From Escherichia coli (GTDB lineage Bacteria > Pseudomonadota > Gammaproteobacteria > Enterobacterales > Enterobacteriaceae): DNA of 64,000 nucleotides. The DNA lies in NCBI RefSeq assembly GCF_965641715.1, contig NZ_OZ282453.1; one strand, 5' to 3'. The notes beneath the pieces were generated by a model that saw nothing but the letters and a program-made list of their open reading frames with translations, was not told the DNA's origin and did no database searches. The position numbers and the translations under genes were made by a program. Position 1 is the stretch's first letter. Each line of letters opens with the position of its first letter. Positions 10,181 through 19,245 of the stretch are shown in pieces.

Positions 10181-12461
10181 GACTCGGGGGCGTATTGCCC
10201 CCTCGCTAGCCCTGCCAATATCTAAGCGCACCGGCGATACTTTCGTTGGTGCTTATCCCTGGAATGCTCCCCGCGCTGCCATTGGCCGTGACAGACCCCT
10301 TACACGTGCCGAATTCCGTCAGGTGCAAGGTGTTTTATACCGGATTGACCGCCTGCCTTTCTTTCTTAAGACGTTGTTTACTTCCCGTTATAACTTCATT
10401 CGTCGCACAAAGAGCCCGCCCGGGGCGCTCTATTTCCTGAAAAACACCTTTGAGCGGAAGCTGTTGCCGCGTCTTGAGCGCGTTAACGAGCTGTGCGGGA
10501 TGAATGAATCTGCGTCGATTGGTTTCTTGTCTGAGCGTGACGAATATGCGCGCTTGCCTGATATGAATGACAAAGAGCTGAAAAAATTTGCGGCCAGAAT
10601 TGCCGCGCAGCTCTGGCGTAAATACGAGGAACTCAGCGACGAATGGGCTGAGGCATTCGGCGGTAAAGAGACCCTTTTCACCGATGAGGCGCAGGTGCAC
10701 ATATATGGTCAGGTGGCTGGTGTTGCACGCGCGTTCAACTTAACCCCGCTCTACTGGAAAAAATACCGTAAGGGTCAGATGACGATCCGCATGGCGTTTT
10801 CCGCTATTTCCCGTCTGATAAAAGATGATTGGTGGGTTAACCAGCTCAAGGCGCAGCGTATGCGCTGGCGCGAGGCGCTGCTTATCGCTGCCGGTGAAGT
10901 CAACAAAGACCGTTCACCTTACGCCAGCAAAATGGCGATCCGCGAGGTTCACTCGCGCCGGCTGGCTAATCTCGAATACCTGAAATCCTGTGAGCTGGAA
11001 AACAAAGTTACCGGCGAACGTATCGACCTCATCAGTAAAGTCATGGGGAGTATTTCAAACCCTGAAATACGCCGTATGGAGCTGATGAACACCATTGCCG
11101 GAATTGAACGCTATGCGGCCAGCGTTGGTGATGTGGGAATGTTTATCACGCTGACCACGCCGTCGAAGTATCACCCGACCCGACAGGTCGGCAAAGGTGA
11201 CAGCAAAACGGTGCAGCTCAATCACGGCTGGAACGAAACCGCATTCACCCCTAAAAACGGCCAGCGCTATCTGTGCCGAATCTGGAGCCTGATGCGTACC
11301 GCTTTCAAAGATAACGATTTGGAAGTGTATGGGATGCGCGTTGTCGAGCCGCACCACGACGGCACGCCACACTGGCATATGATGCTTTTTTGCAAACTCA
11401 GTCAGCGTAAAGCTATCAACGAAATTATGCGTCGTTATGCCCTCAAAGAGGACGGACACGAAAAGGGCGCGGCAAAACAGCGCTTTGAGTCGCGTCACCT
11501 TAATCAGGGGGGCGCGGCGGGTTATATCGCCAAATACATTGCCAAAAATATCGACGGCTACGCGCTTGACGGTCAGCTCGATCACGATACCGGCAAATCT
11601 CTGAAAGATACGGCCGCAGCCGTAACCGCATGGGCGTCTACATGGCGTATCCCTCAGTTTAAACCGATTGGCCTCCCGACAATGGGCGCTTACCGCGAAC
11701 TGCGTAAGCTGCCGCGCGGGGTGAGTATCGCCAGCGAGTTTGACGACCGTGTCGAGGCCGTCCGGGCTGCTGCAGATGAGGGGGAATTTGACCTGTACAT
11801 CAGCGCGCAGGGTGGGGCAAACATGCCGCGTGATGCTCAGGCGGTCAGGGTCGCCCGTAAGGTGACGGATGAGGTAAACGAATACGAGGAGGATATCGAG
11901 AAAGTGGTCGGTATTTATGCCCCTCATCTTGGGGTGAGCCGCGTACATGTAACCCGTACAGCGGAATGGCGCATAGTTCCAAAGGTTTTGGCCGTTGAGC
12001 CTTTGACCTTAAAAAGCGGCTCTGCCGCGCCTCGGAGTCCTGTCAATAACTGTGGAAAGCTTGCCGACGGTGGCGATCCAGTTATGACACCTACACCGTC
12101 TGAGCAAGCCGCAGCGGTGTTAAATCTGATTGAGGCCGGGGTTATCGGCTGGAATGAGCCAGACGTCATGAAGGTTCTTAACGGCGCGTTAAAAGCTGGC
12201 GCACCTCGCAATAATCGCCAGCAAAGAAGCAATGCGCCACTCAAAACGAGCGAGCAAGCTCCATCAGCCAGGATGACAACACCAGAAAGGGATCGCGTGG
12301 CGAAAATTCGTTTCGATTTGGCTCAGGAGGGCATTACCCCAGAACGGTGGGCGCTCGAAGCGCTGGCGCGTGGGGCAACGGTGATTTATGGCGATAAAAA
12401 AATCAAATACGCGGCTGCTGATGAGTGGCCGGGATTCTCAATTCAAGAGGAGCAGAATTAA
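10170..12461 (+). CDS. P2 gpA rolling-circle replication initiation endonuclease (~763 aa)
   Basis: Extensive identity to remembered P2 A; start placed at MAVETRG rather than the upstream extension. Confidence 0.9.
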   Translation: MAVETRGRIAPSLALPISKRTGDTFVGAYPWNAPRAAIGRDRPLTRAEFRQVQGVLYRIDRLPFFLKTLFTSRYNFIRRTKSPPGALYFLKNTFERKLLPRLERVNELCGMNESASIGFLSERDEYARLPDMNDKELKKFAARIAAQLWRKYEELSDEWAEAFGGKETLFTDEAQVHIYGQVAGVARAFNLTPLYWKKYRKGQMTIRMAFSAISRLIKDDWWVNQLKAQRMRWREALLIAAGEVNKDRSPYASKMAIREVHSRRLANLEYLKSCELENKVTGERIDLISKVMGSISNPEIRRMELMNTIAGIERYAASVGDVGMFITLTTPSKYHPTRQVGKGDSKTVQLNHGWNETAFTPKNGQRYLCRIWSLMRTAFKDNDLEVYGMRVVEPHHDGTPHWHMMLFCKLSQRKAINEIMRRYALKEDGHEKGAAKQRFESRHLNQGGAAGYIAKYIAKNIDGYALDGQLDHDTGKSLKDTAAAVTAWASTWRIPQFKPIGLPTMGAYRELRKLPRGVSIASEFDDRVEAVRAAADEGEFDLYISAQGGANMPRDAQAVRVARKVTDEVNEYEEDIEKVVGIYAPHLGVSRVHVTRTAEWRIVPKVLAVEPLTLKSGSAAPRSPVNNCGKLADGGDPVMTPTPSEQAAAVLNLIEAGVIGWNEPDVMKVLNGALKAGAPRNNRQQRSNAPLKTSEQAPSARMTTPERDRVAKIRFDLAQEGITPERWALEALARGATVIYGDKKIKYAAADEWPGFSIQEEQN

Positions 12462-12925
12462 TGAGCAAAATCCATGAGTTAAAAATTGCACCTGAGTATT
12501 TTAACTCTGTGATATCTCAGGAAAAACGTGCTGAATTTCGTCTCAATGACCGCGATTATTCTAGCGGTGATATTCTCGGGTTGCATGAATGGGAACCGGT
12601 AAACAGATATACCGGGAAACGTGTATCAGTGAGGGTGACAAACGTTACGGATTTATCTGAATGGGCGGAAAATTATGTGATGCTGAGTTTTCAGTTAATG
12701 ATGCCAGATGTCCAGTGCGGTATGTCCCTAATGAACTGGAAAGAGTTAAGCGAGAAGGGGCTTGTTTTCAGAGTTAATCACGAAATTCTACACCCGTTAG
12801 GGCTGGCTATTAGATATGAAACACTTAACAGCGTTTCTGGTAGGGCTTACATCGCTGATGATGGTGTCTGGCAATATTCCGACAAGTTGGTCGCAGATGC
12901 TAAAAAAAATGGGTGGTTAAAATGA
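12461..12925 (+). CDS. DUF3850-like (ASCH/PUA-like) protein, 154 aa
   Basis: N-terminal HELKIAPEYF...EFRLNDRDY..GDIL motif; ATG overlaps gpA stop (TAATG). Confidence 0.5.
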   Translation: MSKIHELKIAPEYFNSVISQEKRAEFRLNDRDYSSGDILGLHEWEPVNRYTGKRVSVRVTNVTDLSEWAENYVMLSFQLMMPDVQCGMSLMNWKELSEKGLVFRVNHEILHPLGLAIRYETLNSVSGRAYIADDGVWQYSDKLVADAKKNGWLK

Positions 12926-13161
12926 GTCATATGCGAATGATGCCAGTGCCGCCGATACATTCAACGCAAAACATTAAGCTGATGGCCGTCGTACATCGCC
13001 TGCAACAAATTATGATTAACGAGAATCTGACCCCTGACGAACTGGTCGGGTGTGCCGGTGTCGTCCGGGATAATCACCGCAAATACAGCGATATCAGCAA
13101 TCCGAAAATTGAGGCGTTTCGGCCACCAAATATGGCAAAGCCACCACCGCGTCGACCATAG
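12913..13161 (+). CDS. Hypothetical small protein (82 aa)
   Basis: ORF only, proline-rich basic C-terminus. Confidence 0.3.
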   Translation: MVKMSHMRMMPVPPIHSTQNIKLMAVVHRLQQIMINENLTPDELVGCAGVVRDNHRKYSDISNPKIEAFRPPNMAKPPPRRP

Positions 13162-13443
13162 CAAACGCCGCCGGTGCTGAAACTTGTTTTCAGTGCCAGC
13201 GGTGTTGAGCAACGAGCCCCGCGAGACGTTAGCCTGCACCGTAGAGACCACCCCCAACCGGCACGATTAAAGTCGGTTTTATTATGCAATTTTCCCACAA
13301 TTTCCCGGTTTTTTAGCCGTGCATGCAACAGGTGCATTTTTTTGCATACGTTGGGGATGCCTGTTCTGGCCGCGCGCCGCCAGAGCAGGCGCGGATCCAG
13401 AGTGGTCATGCAACTGCATTAAAAACGACCCATAAAGCGGGCA

Positions 13444-13462
13444 GGCGAGGCGGGGTAAGCGT
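13444..13462. other. cos-like 19-mer ggcgaggcggggtaagcgt (first 12 nt match the P2 cohesive-end sequence as recalled)
   Basis: Partial match to remembered P2 cos GGCGAGGCGGGGAAAGCAC; location between A region and Q is as expected. Confidence 0.3.
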
Positions 13463-13533
13463 TGCGCGCGCCTGTCAAAGATATTAAGATTGTCTCAAAA
13501 TCGATTGATTTTATTGAACTAATGGAGCTAGGA

Positions 13534-15090
13534 ATGATTAAGGGTATAGGTCTTCAAAACTTCAGGAGCTTTGTCAACAAAACGTTTATTGATTTAAAAC
13601 CAATTACAGTATTTGTTGGTAAGAACAGCAGTGGTAAAAGTTCCCTATTGCGCACATTTCCTTTACTTCGTCAATCTGTAGAAGAAAATACTACTGGCCC
13701 AATACTATGGTATGGGAGATATGTGGATTTTGGCGATTTTACAGATGTACTTTCCCGAAACTCTGAAAAAAAAGAAATTACGTTTAGTTTTTCACTCTCA
13801 ATTCCGCCAGAGGTTTCACAAAGATATACATATTATCGTTCTACTGATTTAGCAAAGCAACCAACAGATATTGAAGCAGAGTTAACTGTTTACTCTAAAG
13901 ATAAAAAAACAAAAACGAAAACGATTAAGCTTATATTGGCTGATTTAACAATATTTATTTCAATGGATGAGAGTAGTAATGTTAAATTACTCATTGAATC
14001 AGATGATAAAACAATAGAGCGTGATGGGATAATAGCTAAAAATCTTGGGCAGTTCATACCAAATCTAATTTTGAAGGGTAAGGAAGACAGTCCTCCTCCA
14101 AGCACATCATTCTATTTGAGACATTCTAGGCATGACAGGGCGTTAGAATTGTCATTTATTGATTCAGCGGCGAAATATATAAAGAAATATTTCCATACTA
14201 AATCTGATATAAATCAAGTGACAGAGGCATTCAAAAGAATTGGCTTTATACCCAAAGCGTACGCTAGTAAATTAGTTGCTTTTCTATTTAAGGAACAAAA
14301 AGTTTTTAGTAGAAACTTTGAATTTCAACATGATGAAATAATGAATGAGTTATATCCATTTATAATTGGATGGAATATTAATAATCTTATAGATATAATA
14401 AATACATCCTTGTCAGATTCATTCAGAAATGTAAAGTACATAGCTCCACTGCGTGCTACATCAGAAAGATTTTATCGTTTTCAAGATTTACAGGTTAATG
14501 AGATAGATCATACTGGTTCCAATCTTGCAATGCTTTTGAATTCATTAAGACCGGCTGATAAATCAAAATTTGAAGATTGGACAAAGTTAAATTTTGATTT
14601 CATTATCAAGGTTGAACAAAGTGGCTCTCACTTTGCAATTTTAATAAACACCGGTGAAAATAGTGAGAACTATAATGTTAGTGATATGGGGTTTGGTTAT
14701 TCTCAGGTTTTGCCGATAGTTACAGCCATTTGGCTTGAGACAGAACGTCGTGCTACCACGGTTAGAAAACCTATAACATTTATCATTGAGCAGCCAGAAT
14801 TGCATTTACATCCGTCATATCAGCATAATTTAGCAAGTATTTTTGCAAAAGTAGTAACTAAAGCAAAAGAAAATAATGTAGATTTGAAGATAATTTTTGA
14901 GACACATAGCCAGACCATGATTGAAGCACTTGGTGAATATATTGAGGAAAATGAAAGTCTTTCACAGGATGATATTTCAATACTGGTATTTGAAAAAGAT
15001 GATAAGCAGCAGACTATAGTTAAGAAATCTTATTTTGACGAGAATGGTTTCCTAAAAAATTGGCCGGTTGGCTTTTTCTCGGGTAAGTAG
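13534..15090 (+). CDS. OLD/AAA_21-like ABC ATPase (518 aa), first gene of cargo operon
   Basis: Start MIKGIGLQNFRSF with GGAG RBS; Walker A GKNSSGKSS (13618..13644); Walker B-like FIIEQPELHLHP (14779..14814); FETHS H-loop; AT-rich. Confidence 0.8.
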   Translation: MIKGIGLQNFRSFVNKTFIDLKPITVFVGKNSSGKSSLLRTFPLLRQSVEENTTGPILWYGRYVDFGDFTDVLSRNSEKKEITFSFSLSIPPEVSQRYTYYRSTDLAKQPTDIEAELTVYSKDKKTKTKTIKLILADLTIFISMDESSNVKLLIESDDKTIERDGIIAKNLGQFIPNLILKGKEDSPPPSTSFYLRHSRHDRALELSFIDSAAKYIKKYFHTKSDINQVTEAFKRIGFIPKAYASKLVAFLFKEQKVFSRNFEFQHDEIMNELYPFIIGWNINNLIDIINTSLSDSFRNVKYIAPLRATSERFYRFQDLQVNEIDHTGSNLAMLLNSLRPADKSKFEDWTKLNFDFIIKVEQSGSHFAILINTGENSENYNVSDMGFGYSQVLPIVTAIWLETERRATTVRKPITFIIEQPELHLHPSYQHNLASIFAKVVTKAKENNVDLKIIFETHSQTMIEALGEYIEENESLSQDDISILVFEKDDKQQTIVKKSYFDENGFLKNWPVGFFSGK

Positions 15091-15092
15091 TT

Positions 15093-16205
15093 ATGTTGAT
15101 TAATATCGAAAATGCGACACCTGAGAAGGTGCTAAATAACTCATTTGCCATAGCGGTTGAAAATATACTTCGGGCATTCGCTGAACAAAAACACTTGGTT
15201 ATAGGGGCAAGGGTTTTTTTTAAAACTATTATCAATGATCAAAGCGGGCTTTATAGCCTTTCATCAAAAAGTTACGCGCAAGAGGCTTTGTCGGGTCTAA
15301 CAGAGTACTATGCTATCTTGGATCAGGTCTCATTTTATGTATCTGTCGACTTTAATATTAGTGATAAATCATTTAAATGGGTTCAGATCGGTGAATCTTT
15401 TAAATTTGTTTGTGGTCCATTGTATTTTAATGACTCGGCACAATTGCAAAAAACGAAAATAGTATGTGAAAATCCTTTGGATTCTGATTTTTTTAAGGTT
15501 ATAGCGGCTCATTATGCCGAAGGTATTAACTTATCTCGCTGCGAAATGGGTTTTATCGCTCTAAATGGCGGTGGGGGCAGTACTAAGGATATATTCGAGC
15601 GTGCAATTCAAAATAATGAGATAGTTTTTTGTATTGTGGATAATGACAAAAAACATCCTGGAGCCCCATTCGGAGGTACTTGCTCACATTTTTTGGGCTC
15701 ACAAATTACTCGCTCAGGTTTCGTGGAGATTTTAGATGTACATGAAATAGAATCTCTAGTTCCTTTATCGACAATTGAAGATGTATTAAGAAGTCAAAGT
15801 CAATTGCAACAAAAAGAAAAATCTCTCATTTTCTTTAAGCATCTTTGCTCCGTAGATGAATCAGTAAAATTTTATATTGACCATAAAAAAGGTTTTGATT
15901 TTAAAACAGCCCTTGAACTCGATCGAAAACATGGTGCATATTGGCGTCCGATATTAAAGAAGCTTGATATAAAATATGATTGTGAGTATATCGAATCAAA
16001 ACGTTGTAGCTGCAACGCTGCTTGTGTAAGTTATGATGGTTTTGGAGAGAATTTGCTCAGCAATACATTGAAATATATACAAAAGGGAAGTTTAAAAAAA
16101 TATAATCCTCACCTAACACCAGTGCTTTCTGATAAATGGTATAAGTTAGGTAAGAATTTCTTTAGTTGGAGTTGTGGTCCATATAAAAAAGCAAGGGTTG
16201 GTTAA
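15093..16205 (+). CDS. Partner protein (370 aa) with Toprim-like signature, possible nuclease effector
   Basis: ATG 2 nt after ATPase stop; YAEG (15519..15524), GGGG, IVDNDKKHP (DND at 15639..15647); C-terminal Cys cluster; AT-rich. Confidence 0.65.
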   Translation: MLINIENATPEKVLNNSFAIAVENILRAFAEQKHLVIGARVFFKTIINDQSGLYSLSSKSYAQEALSGLTEYYAILDQVSFYVSVDFNISDKSFKWVQIGESFKFVCGPLYFNDSAQLQKTKIVCENPLDSDFFKVIAAHYAEGINLSRCEMGFIALNGGGGSTKDIFERAIQNNEIVFCIVDNDKKHPGAPFGGTCSHFLGSQITRSGFVEILDVHEIESLVPLSTIEDVLRSQSQLQQKEKSLIFFKHLCSVDESVKFYIDHKKGFDFKTALELDRKHGAYWRPILKKLDIKYDCEYIESKRCSCNAACVSYDGFGENLLSNTLKYIQKGSLKKYNPHLTPVLSDKWYKLGKNFFSWSCGPYKKARVG

Positions 16206-16210
16206 ATTAT

Positions 16211-16235
16211 CACAGCCCCGATAAAGTGGGCTGTG
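16211..16235. terminator. Hairpin (cacagccc/gggctgtg) downstream of cargo operon, possible terminator
   Basis: 8-bp inverted repeat followed by T-rich stretch. Confidence 0.35.
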
Positions 16236-16300
16236 ATGTTATTATCTGTGGTTCTTGAGTTACAGGGCTGAATATAATGTTGAGATGTTTATTTTGAAAA

Positions 16301-17308
16301 TCAAAGTGAATATTTTTTAAATCTTATAACTTCCATTTCTAACCAGTTGTTTAGTTCTTTGAACCGTTCCTGTAAAGGAGTTAACTCATTTCGGACAAAC
16401 ACTTGTGCAGCTTTTACAACATCACCAAAACCGCCAACATTGTCAGGCATAATTCCCATCATTTGTGGTGGTACCCTATGAGCACTCAACAAATCTTCTG
16501 CACTAACCTTTTTGATATTGAAAAAATCATCTTTCGTGGCGACTTCACTCAACGGCACAATCTTGATGCCATCCGGTTTCCCGTTGGGCGCGTAGAAAAA
16601 CAGGTTTTTGAAATTCCCGAGTCCTTTTGAGTCGCGCATCGCGTTACGGAGAGATTCAACATCGGTGCTGCTCTGTGCCGCGTCGGTGACATACATGATG
16701 TACCCCGCATGTGCGCCATTCTGATAATACTTGCGGCGAAACAGGGTAGCGGATTCATTCAGCCAGGCGGAATTAAGCGCGCTCAGGTATTCCGGCATCC
16801 CGTACAGCTCCTGATTGATATCGGGCTCAAGCAGGTGACACACAGAACCGGGGGCGAACGGGTGCGGCTGGGTGTAGCTCGACACGTACCAGTAAACGCC
16901 ATCTTCGACACCCCGGCGGGTGTATTTGGCCGGTGAGGTTTCCAGTTTTAAGAGCTGGCCGGTGACGCTCATGCGCTTCTCAAGATAGCCGTTGGCAAAA
17001 ACCAGATAATCAAGCACAAGGCGACTGAAATCCTGACGTGACAGCAACGGGTGCGGGATATAGGTGCTCGTCAGAATGTTACGTTTCACGTAAATCGGCG
17101 AGCTGTGATGGACGGCGGCGCGCAGGCTTTTTGCCAGTCCCGAGAAATTGACCGGCGGCTCGTACCATTTCCCGTTATTGATACACTCTACGTAGTCGAG
17201 GATGTCGCGGCGATCCAGAACGGGAGAAGGCTCACCAAAGGTGAACGCCTCCATTTTTTGCGGTGCGCTGGCGGTCATTGTGGCGGGTTTCTTCTGTCGT
17301 TTTTTCAT
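16301..17308 (-). CDS. Portal protein (P2 gpQ-like)
   Basis: 335-aa ORF, position opposite terminase P, similarity to P2 Q from memory. Confidence 0.85.
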   Translation of the reverse strand: MKKRQKKPATMTASAPQKMEAFTFGEPSPVLDRRDILDYVECINNGKWYEPPVNFSGLAKSLRAAVHHSSPIYVKRNILTSTYIPHPLLSRQDFSRLVLDYLVFANGYLEKRMSVTGQLLKLETSPAKYTRRGVEDGVYWYVSSYTQPHPFAPGSVCHLLEPDINQELYGMPEYLSALNSAWLNESATLFRRKYYQNGAHAGYIMYVTDAAQSSTDVESLRNAMRDSKGLGNFKNLFFYAPNGKPDGIKIVPLSEVATKDDFFNIKKVSAEDLLSAHRVPPQMMGIMPDNVGGFGDVVKAAQVFVRNELTPLQERFKELNNWLEMEVIRFKKYSL

Positions 17309-17309
17309 C

Positions 17310-19079
17310 TTAGTTAATATCCAGAATTGAGGTTGATTGCATGCCGCTACCGGCGGAAAGCGGCTCGTTTAACAGGGCGTGCATGGTCGCCCACGCAATA
17401 TCCGCGTGACTGGCTTCCTCGCTGCGGCTGGCTTCATAGGTGGCACTGCGCCCGCTGCTGGTCATGGTTTTACGGATCGCCATAAATGACTGCGTGATGT
17501 CGGTTGCTCCGGCGTCATATTCCAGACACCCGCGTCGGATGGTGTCTTTCGCTTTCAGCACCATCGCGGTTTTCATTTCCGGCGTGTAGCGAATGGCGCG
17601 CGCTGCCGGGAAGAAGGAGCGCACGAGCTGGTAAACACCCTGGCCGATGCCGGTCGCATCGATGCCGATATACTCGACGCAATATTTCTCTGTCAGCTCG
17701 CGGATGGCCTCGGCCTGCGTCGCAAAACCCATCCCTTTCCACTGGTGACGCTCAAGGATGCGGAACTTGCCACCGGCAACCAGTGGCGGAGCCAGTACCG
17801 CACAGCCTGCGCTGTCGCCGGTGTGCGACGGGTCATAGCCAATCCAGACCGGACGCCAGTTAAACGGACGGTCAGAGAACGGCGCAAAGTCCTCCCATTC
17901 TTCCATCGCATCGACCATGCAGCGCTGCAGCTCCTCGAACGGGAATACCGACGCTTTATCGTCGACGAATTCGCACATGAAGAGGTTGCGGAAATCGTCG
18001 GCGCTGTTTTCCTGTTTCAGTTGATCCAGATTAAACAGGGTGCAGCCACCGGCGAGGGCATCCTCAATGGTGACGATCTGCCGCCACTGCCCGTCCGGGC
18101 ACAGCACGCCACCGGCGAGCGCCTTATGACTGATGTCAATGTCGACACGCTCACTCGCGCTGCTGCGTCCCCTGTTGAACAGCTCACCTGACCAGAACGG
18201 ATACGCGCCGTGCGCCAGCGTCGAAGGGGTTGAAAAATAGGTGGTGCGCAGGTGGGATTGTGACGCCATCCCCGAGGCCACTTTACGCAGCCGCTGAAAG
18301 TTGGGGATCCAGAAGATTTCATCGACATACAGGTCGCCGTTATGGCTCTGCGCGGTGTTGGAGTTTGTCCCGAGGAAAATCAGCTCTGCACCGTTGTTGC
18401 CGATAACAATCGGGTCGCCTGACAGGTCGACGTCGACCATGCGCGCAAAGGCGATGATGTACTTTCGGAACACGTAAGCCAGCGTCTTACTGGCTGACAA
18501 AAATATCTGGTTTTGCCCGGTTTTGAGGGCGCGCAGTAATGACTCACGGGCAAAGTAGAACGTCGCGCCAATCTGGCGTGATTTGAGGATGTGGCGAATA
18601 CGGTGCGCGATACCGGCCTTGTGCCAGTTGAGCTGATACTCAAAGGACTGGTCGAAGAAAATCTCTTCCAGCTTTTCGATGGCCTCATCGCTGAAAAAAT
18701 TGCGTTTCGGCTTGCGGCGATCGCCCTTGTTACGACTGGCAATGTTGGGGTTTAAATCCACTTCATTACCGGTCTGGCCGTAGCGGTTGATGCGTGCGAA
18801 CCGTTCCATCTGGCGTGACAGAAAGTCAGCGACCTTAAAGTCATGCGGCGTCAGGTCAGGCTTTGCATAAAGCTGAATCAGGCGCGCCTCGAGCGTCGTT
18901 TCCACGCGGTTAAGCGGGGCGGTTTCCTCCCACCCGTCACGCTGTTTCCAGCTCTGCACGGTCGGGCGCTTAACCTGCAGTGTGTCGGCGATTTGTGGCA
19001 CGGAAAATCCCTGCCAGAACAACAGCCGCGCCTGTCGTCGCGGGTCATGCAAAAGGGAGAGGTCAGTCGAAATGGTCAT
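17310..19079 (-). CDS. Terminase large subunit (P2 gpP-like, 589 aa)
   Basis: Start at ATG giving MTISTDLSLLHDPRRQARLL as in P2 P; the TTG at 19109 is rejected. Confidence 0.9.
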   Translation of the reverse strand: MTISTDLSLLHDPRRQARLLFWQGFSVPQIADTLQVKRPTVQSWKQRDGWEETAPLNRVETTLEARLIQLYAKPDLTPHDFKVADFLSRQMERFARINRYGQTGNEVDLNPNIASRNKGDRRKPKRNFFSDEAIEKLEEIFFDQSFEYQLNWHKAGIAHRIRHILKSRQIGATFYFARESLLRALKTGQNQIFLSASKTLAYVFRKYIIAFARMVDVDLSGDPIVIGNNGAELIFLGTNSNTAQSHNGDLYVDEIFWIPNFQRLRKVASGMASQSHLRTTYFSTPSTLAHGAYPFWSGELFNRGRSSASERVDIDISHKALAGGVLCPDGQWRQIVTIEDALAGGCTLFNLDQLKQENSADDFRNLFMCEFVDDKASVFPFEELQRCMVDAMEEWEDFAPFSDRPFNWRPVWIGYDPSHTGDSAGCAVLAPPLVAGGKFRILERHQWKGMGFATQAEAIRELTEKYCVEYIGIDATGIGQGVYQLVRSFFPAARAIRYTPEMKTAMVLKAKDTIRRGCLEYDAGATDITQSFMAIRKTMTSSGRSATYEASRSEEASHADIAWATMHALLNEPLSAGSGMQSTSILDIN

Positions 19080-19109
19080 GGTTGCCTCGTACTGGTGAAT
19101 ACGGGGCAA

Positions 19110-19245
19110 GGCTAAGGAAATAGCCGGGTATTATCGCTAACCCCCTGTTGTGTCAGGGGTTGCACTTCCGCAAGCGGTGGCTGATGTGGGGCGGAGTCGG
19201 GAAACTACCCCCGAACCGAAAACCCAACATCAGGACACCTGAACA
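19110..19245. promoter_or_regulatory. Divergent late promoter region between P and O (Ogr-dependent promoters expected); partial TGT..ACA dyad ctgttgtgtcaggggttgcac
   Basis: Position plus partial dyad; by analogy with P2 PP/PO. Confidence 0.35.

Noticed and set aside
13462-13533. Longer start for the cargo ATPase (TTG at 13462 or ATG at 13522)
   Set aside because: Only the ATG at 13534 has a properly spaced GGAG RBS and gives the typical MIKxIxLxNFRSF N-terminus of this ATPase class; the extension also overlaps the cos-like motif
19080-19109. TTG-initiated N-terminal extension of terminase P
   Set aside because: P2 P begins MTIS...; ATG at 19077..19079 matches, and the extension is a six-frame artefact
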